A stretch of DNA of 64,000 bases from Octopus sinensis. Its lineage: Eukaryota. The position numbers and the translations under genes are program-made. Below, in pieces: positions 1 through 21,073 of the stretch (positions are counted from its first letter, which is position 1; each line of letters starts with the position of its first letter). The stretch is from the NCBI RefSeq assembly GCF_006345805.1, contig NC_043024.1:11284001-11348000 (forward strand). Direction: 5' to 3'. The notes beneath the pieces were generated by a model. The model saw only the letters and a program-made list of their open reading frames with translations, made no database searches and was not told the origin of the DNA.

Positions 1-231
1 GGTGGGTGTTTGAGTGTACGCGCGTGTATCTACTACGTACCTGTGTGAACCTATGTATAATATACCTGTGTATGTGTGTAGGTGCACGTACGCACATAAC
101 AGACATGTTGGTAATGTTGCTGAATACTTCGCAGTCAGGAAACGTGGTATTTAGTCATCTTCTAGTGTTGGTATAACATTTATATAATACTAGTAGCTTT
201 GGTAGTTTGTTTCCTTATAACAACTCTATGG

Positions 232-908
232 GGATCTTTTCGGTTTGAATGGCAGTTTTTTTTTAAATAATTTCCACATAACTAAACACTTTTAAACTTT
301 GTTATACTGATAGAATGTGTTTATAAAACATCTTTTTCTCTTGGTTTTATTGAGAAAATTCTATAGTTTGTAAGATATTTGTTGTTTTTTATTCAATTTC
401 TGCAATTTCAACCAATCAATGACGTCTATTGAGGTAAAAAAAGACAAACTGTGCCGTATGAATATGTCCCTCGTTTAAGAAACAGAATGGGGATCTTTTC
501 GGTTTGAACGGCAGTTTATAAAAATAATTTCCACGTAACTAAACACTTTTAAACTTCGTATACTGGTAGAATGTGTTACATAAAACATCTTTTTCCGTCG
601 GCTTTATTGAGAAAATTCTATAGTTTGTAACATATTTGTTGTTTTTTCTTCAATTTCTGCAATTTCAACCAATCAGTGACGTCTATTGGGTTAAAAAGCA
701 TTCGGTGCCGTATGAATATGTCCCTCGTTTAAGAAACAGATTGGGTTTATTTACATTTTTGAAGAAAAAAAGATACCCTTTCCCCCCACCCCTAACCCTA
801 ACCCTAAAATAGATTGAAATGCAATAGATCGATACTAGGGTCATAATTATGGATGACAATTTCATATGACACCGCTGGAAAAAACTGCCGTTCAAACCGA
901 AAAGATCC
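232..908 (+). mobile_element. MITE family A (GGATCTTTTCGGTTTGAACGGCAG TIR, internal CCCTAA repeats): partial copy 232-490 plus full copy 491-908
   Basis: TIRs ggatcttttcggtttgaacggcagttt / aaactgccgttcaaaccgaaaagatcc. (CCCTAA)3 at about 790-807. The composite is flanked by aacaactctatgg / aacaaatctatgg. Confidence 0.85.
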
Positions 909-1181
909 AACAAATCTATGGAACTTGTAATAAATTAGTTATTTGTTACTGGTAAATAAAAGCAATAAAATAAATAAAAAAAAAAATTAAATGAAAAATA
1001 AGTTACGGAGTGAGAAACAAAAGTTTTAGAAAACTGAAACCCCCAAACTCTTCAAAATAAATGAATTTGTGAAAATATTTTTTTCACATACAACCTTAAT
1101 TATCTCTGATGCTCCGAAAAGTGTTAACCCGAAAATACCTTTTCGAAAAAAAAGTTACGGAAAAAAAGTTAAGGAAGTATA

Positions 1182-1579
1182 GGCGTAGGAGTGGCTGTGT
1201 GGTAAGTAGCTTGCTAACCAACCACATGGTTCCGGGTTCAGTCCCACTGCACGGCACCTTGGGCAAGTGTCTTCTGCTATAGCCCCGGGCCGACCAATGC
1301 CTTGTGAGTGGATTTGGTAGACGGAACTGAAAGAAGCCTGTCGTATATATGTATATATATGTATGTGTGTGTGTGTTTGTGTGTCTGTGTTTGTCCCCCT
1401 AGCATTGCTTGACAACCGATGCTGGTGTGTTTACGTCCCCGTCACTTAGCGGTTCGGAAAAAAGAGACCGATAGAATAAGTACTGGGTTTACAAAGAATA
1501 AGTCCCGGGGTCGATTTGCTCGACTAAAGGCGGTGCTCCGGCATGGCCGCAGTCAAATGACTGAAACAAGTAAAAGAGA
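1182..1579 (+). mobile_element. tRNA-derived SINE family 1 (full copy)
   Basis: A-box-like tggctgtgtggt and B-box-like ggttcagtccc, internal (TA)/(TG) tract, tail gtaaaagag. More than 15 related copies occur in the window. Confidence 0.9.
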
Positions 1580-1807
1580 GAGAAAGAGTAAAGAGAAGCG
1601 GAAGAGAAGGACAAAAATAGAAAAGGAAATCGAAAGAATTATAAATCTCGCGTTTAAATCATAGGATATGACGGAAATTATTTTCGAAAAAAGTCGAAGC
1701 TTGAAATATCACGGAAGAGAGAGAGATAGCCAAATGATCCCCCCCCCCATTTTTTTTCTCTCCAGAATCATGAGACACGGTAGGTACTTGAAACAGAATG
1801 GGGGGGG

Positions 1808-2360
1808 GGATCTTTTCGGTTTGACCGGCAGTTTTTTAAAATAATTTTCTAGGTAACTAAACACTTTTAAACTTCGTATACTGGTAGAATGTGTTTATAA
1901 AACATCTTTTTCTCTTGGCTTTATTGAGAAAATTCTATAGTTTGTAACATATTTGTTGTTGTTTTTCTTCAATTTCTGCAATTTCAACCAATCAATGACG
2001 TCCATTGAGGTAAAAAAAAACATTCTGTGCCGTATGAATATGTCCCTCGTTTAAGAAACAGATTGGGTTTATTTACATTTCTGAAGAAAAAAAGATACCT
2101 AACTGTTTTATAAACCTAATTGTTTTATAAACCTAACAGCGTGGTGGTACGGCGTAAATTAACGAAGGTATAAACCTGACGTAAATACACGAAGTTGACT
2201 ACTTTCACTTCTGACAACTAAAAGCATGACAGTGCCAAAGATACCCTTCCCCCCACCCCTAACCCTAACCCTAAAATAGATTGAAATGCAATAGATCGAT
2301 ACTAGGGTCATAATTATGGGTGCGCCAGAAAAAAACTGCCGTTCAAACCCGAAAAGATCC
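1808..2360 (+). mobile_element. MITE family A copy with a 137-bp nested insertion
   Basis: Same TIRs and body, flanked by cagaatgg on both sides. Extra sequence 2100-2236 is bounded by a duplicated aaagatacc. Confidence 0.85.
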
Positions 2361-3992
2361 CAGAATGGAAAACAAAACAGAATTGGAAATTATCTAAGAG
2401 TAAGAGAAGCGATTCATCGGTTCCGACGGTGAGTGTTCCAGGTGATTCGATCAACCATGAAACCTCCATGCAATTTATACATTTTTTGTAAGTTTCAAAA
2501 GTTGAAAGGAGAAAGTTAGGAAATATTTATTTTAAAAAAATAATAAAACAATTTAAATCTCAGATATTTAAAACAGATTTTTAAAAAAAAGACGAAAAAC
2601 AAAATCGAAATCAGAGAAAACTGAAAAATTACGGAAGTGGAGTGGGACAAAAATCACTTGCATTTTTGAATTACTATTGTCATCCAAAGAAACTTTCTAG
2701 GTTCGATCCTTCTTACATTTTGAGTTTAAATTACGTCAAATTCGACTTTGCCTTTTATTTTTTCAGGGTCGATAAACAAAAGTACCAACTGAGCACTAGG
2801 TAATCGACTTACCCGAACCCCTAACAATGCTGGCCTTGACCCACAATTTGAAACCATTACTAATTATGACCTGAATACAATCCAAAGTAATCAGGTCTCT
2901 AAGTGTGTGGAACAAATGGTAACGCGCTGAGCAGTGGTTAATATTGTAGATTAGTAACCACTGAGTGCAAATCCTGCCAGAAGACTTCGACCCCCCACTC
3001 CACACACACACACACAAAGATGATGTCTTTTTTCCCCCAACGATATAGTTCCAGGTTCAGTTCCATTGTGTGGTACCTTGCGCAAGCGTTTTCCACTAGA
3101 GACCCAGAATAGAATGGATTTGGCTTTGGTAGACGGGAACTGGTCCGTCGTGCATATATCAATAATAACAAAGGGTAAAATTAATCAATTAAGAAGTAAT
3201 CAATAATTTCACCAAGTAGAATTCGGTATGAAAAAAGGACCGTTTCACGGTAAACTTAGGTAAGTTATTAATAAGGGTTCAGCAAAGATTTGCTTTATCA
3301 CATACCGAAGTTTAGAAATAGCAGCCAAAAAATAAATAAATAAATAAAATAAATATATATATATATATATTTGTGCACGTGTCTTTGTGTTTTTGGTCCC
3401 AACCACCGCTTCAAAAATGACATTGGTTTGTTTGTGTTCCCGTAACTTAGCGATTCGACAAAGATAGATTAAGTACCATACTTTAAAAGAAAAATACCGG
3501 TGTCGACTTGCTCAACTAAACCCTTCGGGACGGTGCCCCAGCATGGCCACAGTCCGGCGAAAGTAAAGAATACGTACGCCCGGTGATTAGGATTAGGGTT
3601 AGGATTTTTGTTGTGTCTGGGGGAGAGTCATTCTCTTTTGGTGCCTTATAAGGGTTAGGGTTTTCGTTATGCCGAAAACCGGTGGTGTGCGCATTCTTTA
3701 CCTCCAATGACTGCAATAAGTAAAACAAAAGTATATGCAGAGTTTCAGGCAAGCTCTCACACTCCTTGGCGAGAAAGGACTTGGTAAATTTTGAGGTCGC
3801 GTCGAGTCCCTGTCCAAATCAACTTTCCGCTTAAATGCTATGAAACTCACTTTTAATTTATTTCCTGCGGAGTTGAAATTTTGTCGCAACAAGGCGACCA
3901 AAATCTACTCTTCCATGATGCAATCGAACAGTTTCCACTTATTCAATTGGATCGATGTGAGATCCAATAGGCCATGCAATAGGATCGAGCCG

Positions 3993-4415
3993 GGATCTTT
4001 TCGGTTTGAACGGCAGTTTTTAACATAATTTCTAGGTAACTAAAAAATTTGAAACTTCGTATACTGGTAGAATGTGTTTATAAAACATCTTTTTTCTCTT
4101 GGCTTTATTGAGAAAATTCTATGGTTTGTAAGATATTTGTTGTTTTTTGTCTTCAATTTCTGCAATTTCAACCAATCAATGACGTCTATTGAGGTGAAAA
4201 TATTCTGTGCCGTTTGAATATGTCCCTCGTTTAAGAAACAGATTGGGTTTATTTACATTTCTGAAGAAAAAAAGATACCCTTCCCCCCACCCCTAACCCT
4301 AACCCTAACCCTAAAACAGATTGAAATGCAATAGATCGATTCTAGGGTCATAATCATGGGTGACAATTTCATATGACATCGCTAGAAAAAACTGCCGTTC
4401 ATACCGAAAAGATCC
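3993..4415 (+). mobile_element. MITE family A, full copy
   Basis: GGATC...GATCC termini, 8-bp TSD tcgagccg/tcgagtcg, (CCCTAA)4 at 4291-4314. Confidence 0.9.
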
Positions 4416-5561
4416 TCGAGTCGGGAGTGAGAAGCTACCTTCTTCAGCATTCGCAAACAATCTTGTGTCCATGCATAACTACAGTTTGGTGCTCCGCTCT
4501 AGACTTTCTTTTCTCCCCTCCTAACCGTCTGGATAATATGCATTTATTAATCCAATTCCGCAGATAAAGATTACGATTATCTTTTATCTTTTATCTTTTA
4601 CTTGTTCGTCTTTAGACATCGTCTTTTTTTTTCTTTCATTTTAGTCCATTCTTCCATGCTTGCCTTTCCTACACTTTTTACAAGCAAAAGATAACATATT
4701 CTCACACATACACATGTACGAGTGTGTATATACATGTGTATATATGCGCGCGTTTCTGTGTGCGCGCGCTTAAAGTAGCAAGAAGTTCACAGCTCAGCCA
4801 CGATATAGATCCGGTCCTACCGAAAGCATGGAGTAGATTTGGAAGACAGAACTGAAAGCAACTGGTTGTGTATATACTTGTGTGTGTGTGTGTGTGTGTG
4901 GGGGGGGGGCGACCACTATTTGGTTGACGTCTTTGTAACTTAGCGGTGCGGCAAAAACAAGGATAGAATAAGTACCAGGATAAAAAAAACCTGTTACATG
5001 GTTGCAGTATAATTACCAAAACAAATAAAAAGAGGTTACACACACACACACACACACACACGCGTACAGGCATAGTGGATAAGCACCTTGAGCGAGTATC
5101 TTTTCTATACTAGGGCCAACCAAATCCTTGTGAGTAGAATTGGGAGGCGGAAACTGAAAGAAAGAGGCTATATATGTTATATATATGTGTGTGTGTGTGT
5201 GTGTGTATGCTTGTATGTATGTTTAGAGGTAGGCATATGCGCGTGCACAGTCTCAGACATTTACCCCCCACCCCATGGGCAATTACCCCTGAGGACAACA
5301 GATGATTTAAAACTTAATATATTGGAGAAGGGGTAATTAACCAGGGAAGTGGTAATTGTCCTGGGGTAGTTGACGAGGGGCATATATTATAAGAAAATGG
5401 AAATATAGATAATAATTTATTATCAACAGAAATAAAACGTCCCTTACAGCTGTTTCGATTAAACCCAATAAAGATGAAATATCATTATAAACGTTTTTAT
5501 ATATATTACGGAGATGTACTTGCATAGCGAGTGACCTGATCTGAGATCGTGTGCCGGAACG

Positions 5562-5840
5562 AAAACAATTGCAGCGTGGAAGGTGTTTATAAGCCATTTA
5601 AGAAACACAAAACCGTTAGATTCACTTCAACATTTAAATTTGTCAAAATATTTTCGTCGCTTTGAGACCGCGAATTAACTGTTACTTTCTCAGATGCAGC
5701 ACAAAGTTTTGTCAGTGAACAGGTCTCAGTCTCAAAGCGACGAAAATATTTTGACAAATTAAATTTAAATGTTGAAGTGATGTAACGGTTTTTGTGTGTT
5801 TCTTAAATGGCTTATAAACACCTTCCTAACTGCAATTGTT
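5562..5840. repeat. ~105-bp inverted repeat (Penelope-like inverted terminus)
   Basis: 5562-5668 is the reverse complement of 5729-5840, with small indels. Confidence 0.8.
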
Positions 5841-6355
5841 TATATATACATATATATGTATATATACATATATATGTATATATATATATATATATAGTTT
5901 CTGTCTACCTAATTCAGTTACAAGGTTTTTTTACGGTCGGGTGATAGAGTAGAAATTGGCCAAGATGCCGCACAGTGGAACCGAACCCAAAACCACATGG
6001 TTAGGCAGCAAGCTTCTCCACACAGCCACCCACGCCCGAGACTATGTTTAATAATTTCTAAACAACTTAATAACCAGAAGACAAAGAATTCCATTACCAT
6101 TTTTGCCTATTCTATTATTGCAACTTGCTCATGACCATTGCATAACGAATGCCAAAACACCAGGAACCGGATACATTGCAGGGTATCCACCCAGAATATT
6201 TTCTATTTGTAGTGTAGGTTAATACGTTTATTAATGAATACTTACAAATGATATTAGAGTAGAAAAGTTAAACGTAAATGGGGCATTCCTTTTATCATGA
6301 TATGCCTATGCTCATCATATAGAATACAGGAATAACCACCAACTTTCGAGACACT

Positions 6356-6719
6356 GGTACTACTTGAGAAGAGTGGTCCCGGTGCGCGCATTCGCGTACT
6401 CGCGCCATCGTGCTAGCTAGTCATGACTAGTCGATCCTTACTTTGTGTTTTTGTGTGTTATTTACTTTGTTTAAAAAATTATTTACTCTGTGTTTTATAT
6501 ACTTTAAATCCTTAAAAATGTTTTAGCCCGAAGGCCGCGGCCATGCTGGGGCACCACCGCTGTTTAACAAAAATTATTTACTTTGTGTAAAAAAATTATT
6601 TATTTTGTGTTTTATTTACTTTGCTAGGTAGTCGTAGGATCGACTAGTCACGACTAGCTAAGTGCAGATGCGCGACTACGCGAGTGCGCGCACCGGGACC
6701 ACTGTTCTCAAGAAGTACA
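6356..6719. mobile_element. MITE family B with ~85-bp TIRs and 9-bp TSD (Mutator/Merlin-like)
   Basis: ggtactacttgagaagagtggtcccggtgcgcgca... / ...tgcgcgcaccgggaccactgttctcaagaagtaca, with TSD cgagacact at 6347-6355 and 6720-6728. Confidence 0.85.
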
Positions 6720-6988
6720 CGAGACACTTGTGGTCGGGAACTAGTTATTATCCTCCGTATTTAATTTACGAGTAGGAACTTCGAGTAGGAACTTCAAATT
6801 TCCACAGCCGCCAGAGGAGTTTACTGTTTACCTTGGTTCACAGTGATTAGTCCTGGTTCAGAAAAATCAGTAATCCAGAAACGCTTCGGAACCAAAAGGC
6901 TCTGGAAAATCGATATTGTGTTAACTGTTTTTATTTTGCGCATTGATGATGAGGAAACTTGTTGAATGGCTAAAGAATTATAGACTTT

Positions 6989-7135
6989 TGGTACTACTTA
7001 GGAAAAGTGGTTCCGGTGCGCGCACTCGCGTACTCGCGCATCCGCACTAACTATTCGTGACTAGGCGATCCTTTGTTTTATTTACTTTGTGTAAAAAAAT
7101 GATTTTTTGTATGTTTTATTTACTTTACTATGTAT
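6989..7135. mobile_element. MITE family B, truncated copy (one TIR)
   Basis: ggtactacttaggaaaagtggttccggtgcgcgcactcgcgtactcgcgc matches the left TIR of 6356-6719. Confidence 0.75.
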
Positions 7136-7783
7136 TAGTTAAAGCAAGTGTTTAGCATCGGAGTCGACCAAAGCCTTGTGAGTGGATTTGGTGGTTGATG
7201 GAAACTGAAAGAAGCTCGTCGTGCGTGTGGTGTGCGCGTATATGCGTACATGTATGTATATGCGTGTGCACGTTTTTGACCTACACCACCGCTTGACAAC
7301 CGGAGTTTGTTTACGATCCCAAAACTTAGCAGTTCGGCAAAAAGCGACCAATACAATCAGTACCAGCATGGCCTCGTTGCCGAGTTATGGACTTTCCCTC
7401 TTCAATTAAAGAATTTCAAATTCTTTTTAAAAAAATTTACCGATTCGTTTACACATTCCAAAAAGGTAGATCTGCTAAACTTCAGTTAATGCACACACGC
7501 ACACAGAAGAAGAAAGAGAAAATGGAGTTTAAAATCCATTAATAATATTAATAGAGCACGCAGTTTTTAACGAATTTGGTTAACAAATTAGACTAAATGC
7601 AAAGTAGAATATACATCCAAGGTAATAATTTCCTTATGTGTGACAAGTTGATCCAAATATCATTTAGAAGAATTTCGAGAAATTCACTGTTTTAGACAAC
7701 AAAAAATACGGTTTTTTACGGTGAATTCAACAATTAATGATGTAATTTTCTTTATCCGAAGTTTTATTTTCCCCCCATATCTG

Positions 7784-16860
<9,077 letters not shown>

Positions 16861-17550
16861 GGGACCCCCCCTCCAATATGAATATTGATTGGATAAACAA
16901 AAATATCCAAATCTGAAAGAACCAGAAAAAAATGGCGGAAATTTTATTTTATTTAAATTGAAACCCATCAAAAAATACCAAATAAACGTTGATTTCTCAT
17001 TAACTCAATCAAAGAAAGTTACCTGCAAAATTTATTATCTCTATTAATTAACACAGGTGAACAAAAACAAAGATAAATAGTGAAGAAAATTCATATAAAT
17101 TCGGCAATGAATCCTCTAAGCTGGGCCCAAAATATTTCTTCCCGCCTATTTTATATATTTTTAATATTAAAAGATGAATAAATAATCAATGGTGGCACAG
17201 GGGGTTTCTTTGCTTCATTCGTTTGGTTTTAAGTTATTAGAGCCATTTTGGTTTTTTAAAATTATAGTCTTTATTTTTTCATTTAGACGTGTGTGTGTGT
17301 CTGTATGTGTGTGTCTGTATGTGTGTGTCTGTGTGTGTGTCTGTGTGTGTGAAGGTAGGTATAGGTAGATAAAATTTTAAAGGACTGATAAGAATATTTG
17401 AACACTTAACAAATAAAATCGATATGCCAGTTGTATGTGGATCTAATTATATAGATAGATTTTTATTAATATTTAGCAGAAGTAATAGTGACCCAAAGTC
17501 CAAGAGTTTGACGAATTGGCATTTATCACACTGCTAAATATATATATAAG

Positions 17551-17597
<47 letters not shown>

Positions 17598-17647
17598 ATA
17601 TATATATATATAACATATATATATATTCATACATATATATAATATAT

Positions 17648-17679
<32 letters not shown>

Positions 17680-17774
17680 ATAAGGGTAAATAATTATTTC
17701 CGGGTAGATTTCGGTATGGAATATAACCGTTATCGTAGGAACTTTTAAAAAAAAGTTCTATAAAAATATATATA

Positions 17775-17949
17775 GGCGCAGGAGTGGCTGTGTGGTAAGT
17801 AGCTTGCTTACAAACCACATGGTTCTGGGTTCAGTCCCACTGCGTGGCACCATAAGCAAGTGTCTTCTACTATAGCCTCGGGCCGACCAAAGCCTTGTGA
17901 GTGGATTTGGTAGACGGAAACTGAAAGAAGCCCGTCGTATATATGTATG

Positions 17950-17980
<31 letters not shown>

Positions 17981-18190
17981 TTGTGTGTCTGTGTTTGTCC
18001 CCCTAGCATTGCTTGACAACCGATGCTGGTGTGTTTACATCCCCGTCACTTAGCGGTTCTGCAAAAGAGACCGATAGAATAAGTACTAGGCTTACAAAGA
18101 ATAAGTCCTGGGGTCGATTTGCTCGACTAAAGGCGGTGCTCCAGCATGGCCGCAGTCAAATGACTAAAACAAGTAAAAGAGTAAAAGAGT
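17775..18190 (+). mobile_element. SINE family 1
   Basis: Near-identical to 1182-1579. Confidence 0.9.
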
Positions 18191-18280
18191 ATATATAAAT
18201 ATGTATGTATATATACATATGCATATATATATGTATATATATATGTATAATATATGCATATATATATATGTATATATATA

Positions 18281-18313
<33 letters not shown>

Positions 18314-18935
18314 ATATATATACACACACATACGTATACAATATATGTATTACATTTACTCATAGCATTTTATATATGTAGATAGCCATGAAAATATATA
18401 CATAGATGAACAATTATACGCGTATGTGCATGTGTGCATATATGCATGCATTTACAAATGCATACATACGTTATATATATAATATATATATATAGAAAAG
18501 AAATAGTAGTAGCTTGCTACCACCACATGGTTCCAATTTCAGTCCCACTACGTGGCAACCTTAAGCAAGTGTCTTCTACTATACCTTCGGGCCGACCAAA
18601 GTCTTATGAGTGGATTCGGTAGACGGAAACTGAAAGAAGCCCGTCGTATATATAGTGAGATATATATATATGTGTGTGTGTGTGTATATATGTTTGTGTG
18701 TCTGTGTTTGTCCCACCGTCATCGCTTGACAAGCGATGTTAGTGTTTACGTCACCGTAATCTAGCGGTTCAGCAAAAGTAACCGATAACATAGGCTTACA
18801 AAGAATAAGTCCAGGGGTTGATTTGTTCGACTAAAGGCGGTGTTCTAGCATGACCGCAGTCAAATGACTCAAACAAATAAATGAATATATATATTTATTA
18901 CTTGATAACAATTTAAGCTCCAAGTGTATATTAAA

Positions 18936-19035
18936 NNNNNNNNNNNNNNNNNNNNNNNNNNNNNNNNNNNNNNNNNNNNNNNNNNNNNNNNNNNNNNNNN
19001 NNNNNNNNNNNNNNNNNNNNNNNNNNNNNNNNNNN
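18936..19035. other. Assembly gap (100 N)
   Basis: Run of exactly 100 N, a typical placeholder for a gap of unknown size. Confidence 0.98.
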
Positions 19036-19080
19036 GACAAATATTATTTCTGGCTTATGTCTTCTTAAATGACATTTATA

Positions 19081-19477
19081 GGTGCAGGAGTGGCTGTGTG
19101 GTAAGTGGCTTGCTTACCAACCACATGGTTCTGGGGTCAGTCCCACTGCGTGACATCTTGGACAACTGTCTTCTACTATAGCCTCGGGCCAACCAAAGCC
19201 TTGTGAGTGGATTTGGTAGACGGAAACTGAAAGAAGCCCGTCGTATATATGTATATATATATACGTGTGTTTGTGTGTCTGTGTTTGTCCCCCCAGCATC
19301 ACTTGACAACCGATGCTGGTGTGTTTACGTCCCCGTAACTTAGCAGTTCGGCAAAAGAGACCGATAGAATAAGTACTGGGCTTACAAAGAATAAGTCCCG
19401 GGACAGATTTGCTCGACTAAAAGCGGTGCACCAACATGACCACAGTCAAATGACTGAAACAAGTAAAAGAGTAAAGA
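19081..19477 (+). mobile_element. SINE family 1
   Basis: Near-identical to 1182-1579. Confidence 0.9.
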
Positions 19478-19545
19478 GTGTATATATACATACAAACATT
19501 TAAACACCCATGCTCTGTGTTGATGGCTAAAATGGAGCATCTTAC

Positions 19546-19833
19546 CGTAGCATAGAGTTCAATATTGGAGACATCTTTGAAGGTTTTCCGTGTGTACGTC
19601 TGTAGATAAGCGTAGATCAGTCGATCGGGGCGGAGGAAGATGTTGAGGTCGTGCTTCTGGAAGACTGTGTAATCCTGGCTGAAAGACAGCATCTTTGCAA
19701 AGTTCAATTGGAAAGATTCTATCCAGTCTGTGAGGCTGGTTTCTGTAGGGTAGGTCCTCTCTAGCCAGCATTTCGGAACTTTATTAACGATGAGATCGTT
19801 CTTCACCTCATGTAACTCTTCGCAGAGAAGTAT
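19546..19833 (-). CDS. DNHD1: Dynein heavy chain-like exon (C-terminal domain), last visible exon
   Basis: tggcAG|ATACTT...GCTACG|GTaaga, 288 nt, phase 0/0. ILLCEELHEVKNDLIVNKVPKCWLERTYPTETSLTDWIESF...IFLRPDRLIYAYLQTYTRK matches 'vP..W....yps...L..W' and 'ff.P..fl....Q..aR'. Confidence 0.9.
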
Positions 19834-19922
19834 CTGCCATGGGTTAAAAAAAAAAGAAGAAGAAACAATACAAGCCTGCCATATATACGTATATATATAT
19901 ATATGTGTGTGTGTATATATAT

Positions 19923-19953
<31 letters not shown>

Positions 19954-20019
19954 GTTTTTTTTGTCTGTTTTTGTCCCCCCAACATCGCTTGACAACCGAT
20001 GTATATATATAATATATAT

Positions 20020-20051
<32 letters not shown>

Positions 20052-20412
20052 CATACATATATACTACGGCTGTACTTTCCGTTTCCATTTCCATCTACCA
20101 AATCCACTCACAACGCTTTGGTCGGCCCGAGGCTATAGTAGAAGACACTTGGCCAAGGTGCCGTGCAGTGGGACTGAACCCAGAACCATGTGGTTGGTAA
20201 GCAAGCTACTTACCACACAGCCACTCCTGCGCCTATAACAACTGCATCTGAATTGCAACAACAACACACCTGCACAACATTGATGACAACAGCATCTGCA
20301 CATCACTGACGATGACTGCATCTGTGAAGCAATGACGACAACCGCTACGTCCAAACAAGCAATGCTGACAACCACCATAATAACAAGAACAACGATGACA
20401 TCAACAGTCATT

Positions 20413-21062
20413 CAAGAATTTGGAGCTGGAGATCTCCATTTCCAGCGACTTCGAGGGCCACCTCCCAGTGGTGTCGGGCGTCAACGAAGAGCCCTCGACT
20501 ACAACAAGACAACCAAAATTTTTTTCTTTTTTTTTTTCCAAGGTCTGGGGTCTCCCGTCCCTAAGCCCTAGACCATCACCTAATCACCCTTACCCGTCTT
20601 GTTGCTTAACAACAACAGCAGCAGTAGTAGTAGCAGTAGTAGTAGTAGTAGTAGCAGCAGCAGCAGCAGCAGCAGTAGCAGCCGTCCAAGAATTTGGACC
20701 TGGAGATCTCCACTTCCAGCGACTTCGAGGGCCACCTCCCTGTGGTGTCGGGCGTCAACGAAGAGCCCTCGACTACAAGACAACCAAAGGTTTTTTTCTT
20801 TCTTTTCGTCCAAGGTCTGGGGTCTCCTGCCCATAAACCCTAGACCTTCACCTAATCACCCTTACCAGTAGTAGTAGTAGTAGTAGTAGAGGGCCACCTC
20901 CCAGGGGTGTCAGGCGTCAACGAAGAGCCTTCGACTATAACAAGACGACCAAAGTTTTTCTCTTTTTTTTTTTCCAAGGTCTGGGGTCTCCCGCCCCTAA
21001 GTCCTAAACCATCACCTAATCACCCTTACCCGTCTTGCTACTTAACAACAACAACAACAACA
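20413..21062 (+). repeat. ~200-270-bp tandem repeat (x2.7) with (CAA)/(CAG)/(TAG) tails
   Basis: Units at about 20413, 20687 and 20890 share gagggccacctccc...ccaaggtctggggtctcc...cacctaatcacccttacc. Confidence 0.85.
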
Positions 21063-21073
21063 GCTTCACTCAC

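Noticed and set aside
1155-1664. Recurrent ORFs such as MSSNARGTNTDTQT... and ...RRASFSFRLPNPLTRLWSARGYSRRHL...
   Set aside because: They are translations of SINE family 1, recurring wherever the SINE occurs.
3698-3990. Unique-looking stretch with a 67-aa minus-strand ORF
   Set aside because: No recognisable motif, no convincing acceptor/donor pair and no dynein C-terminal signature.
4291-4314. Telomere or chromosome-fusion scar
   Set aside because: Only 3-5 units, always at the same position inside MITE family A.
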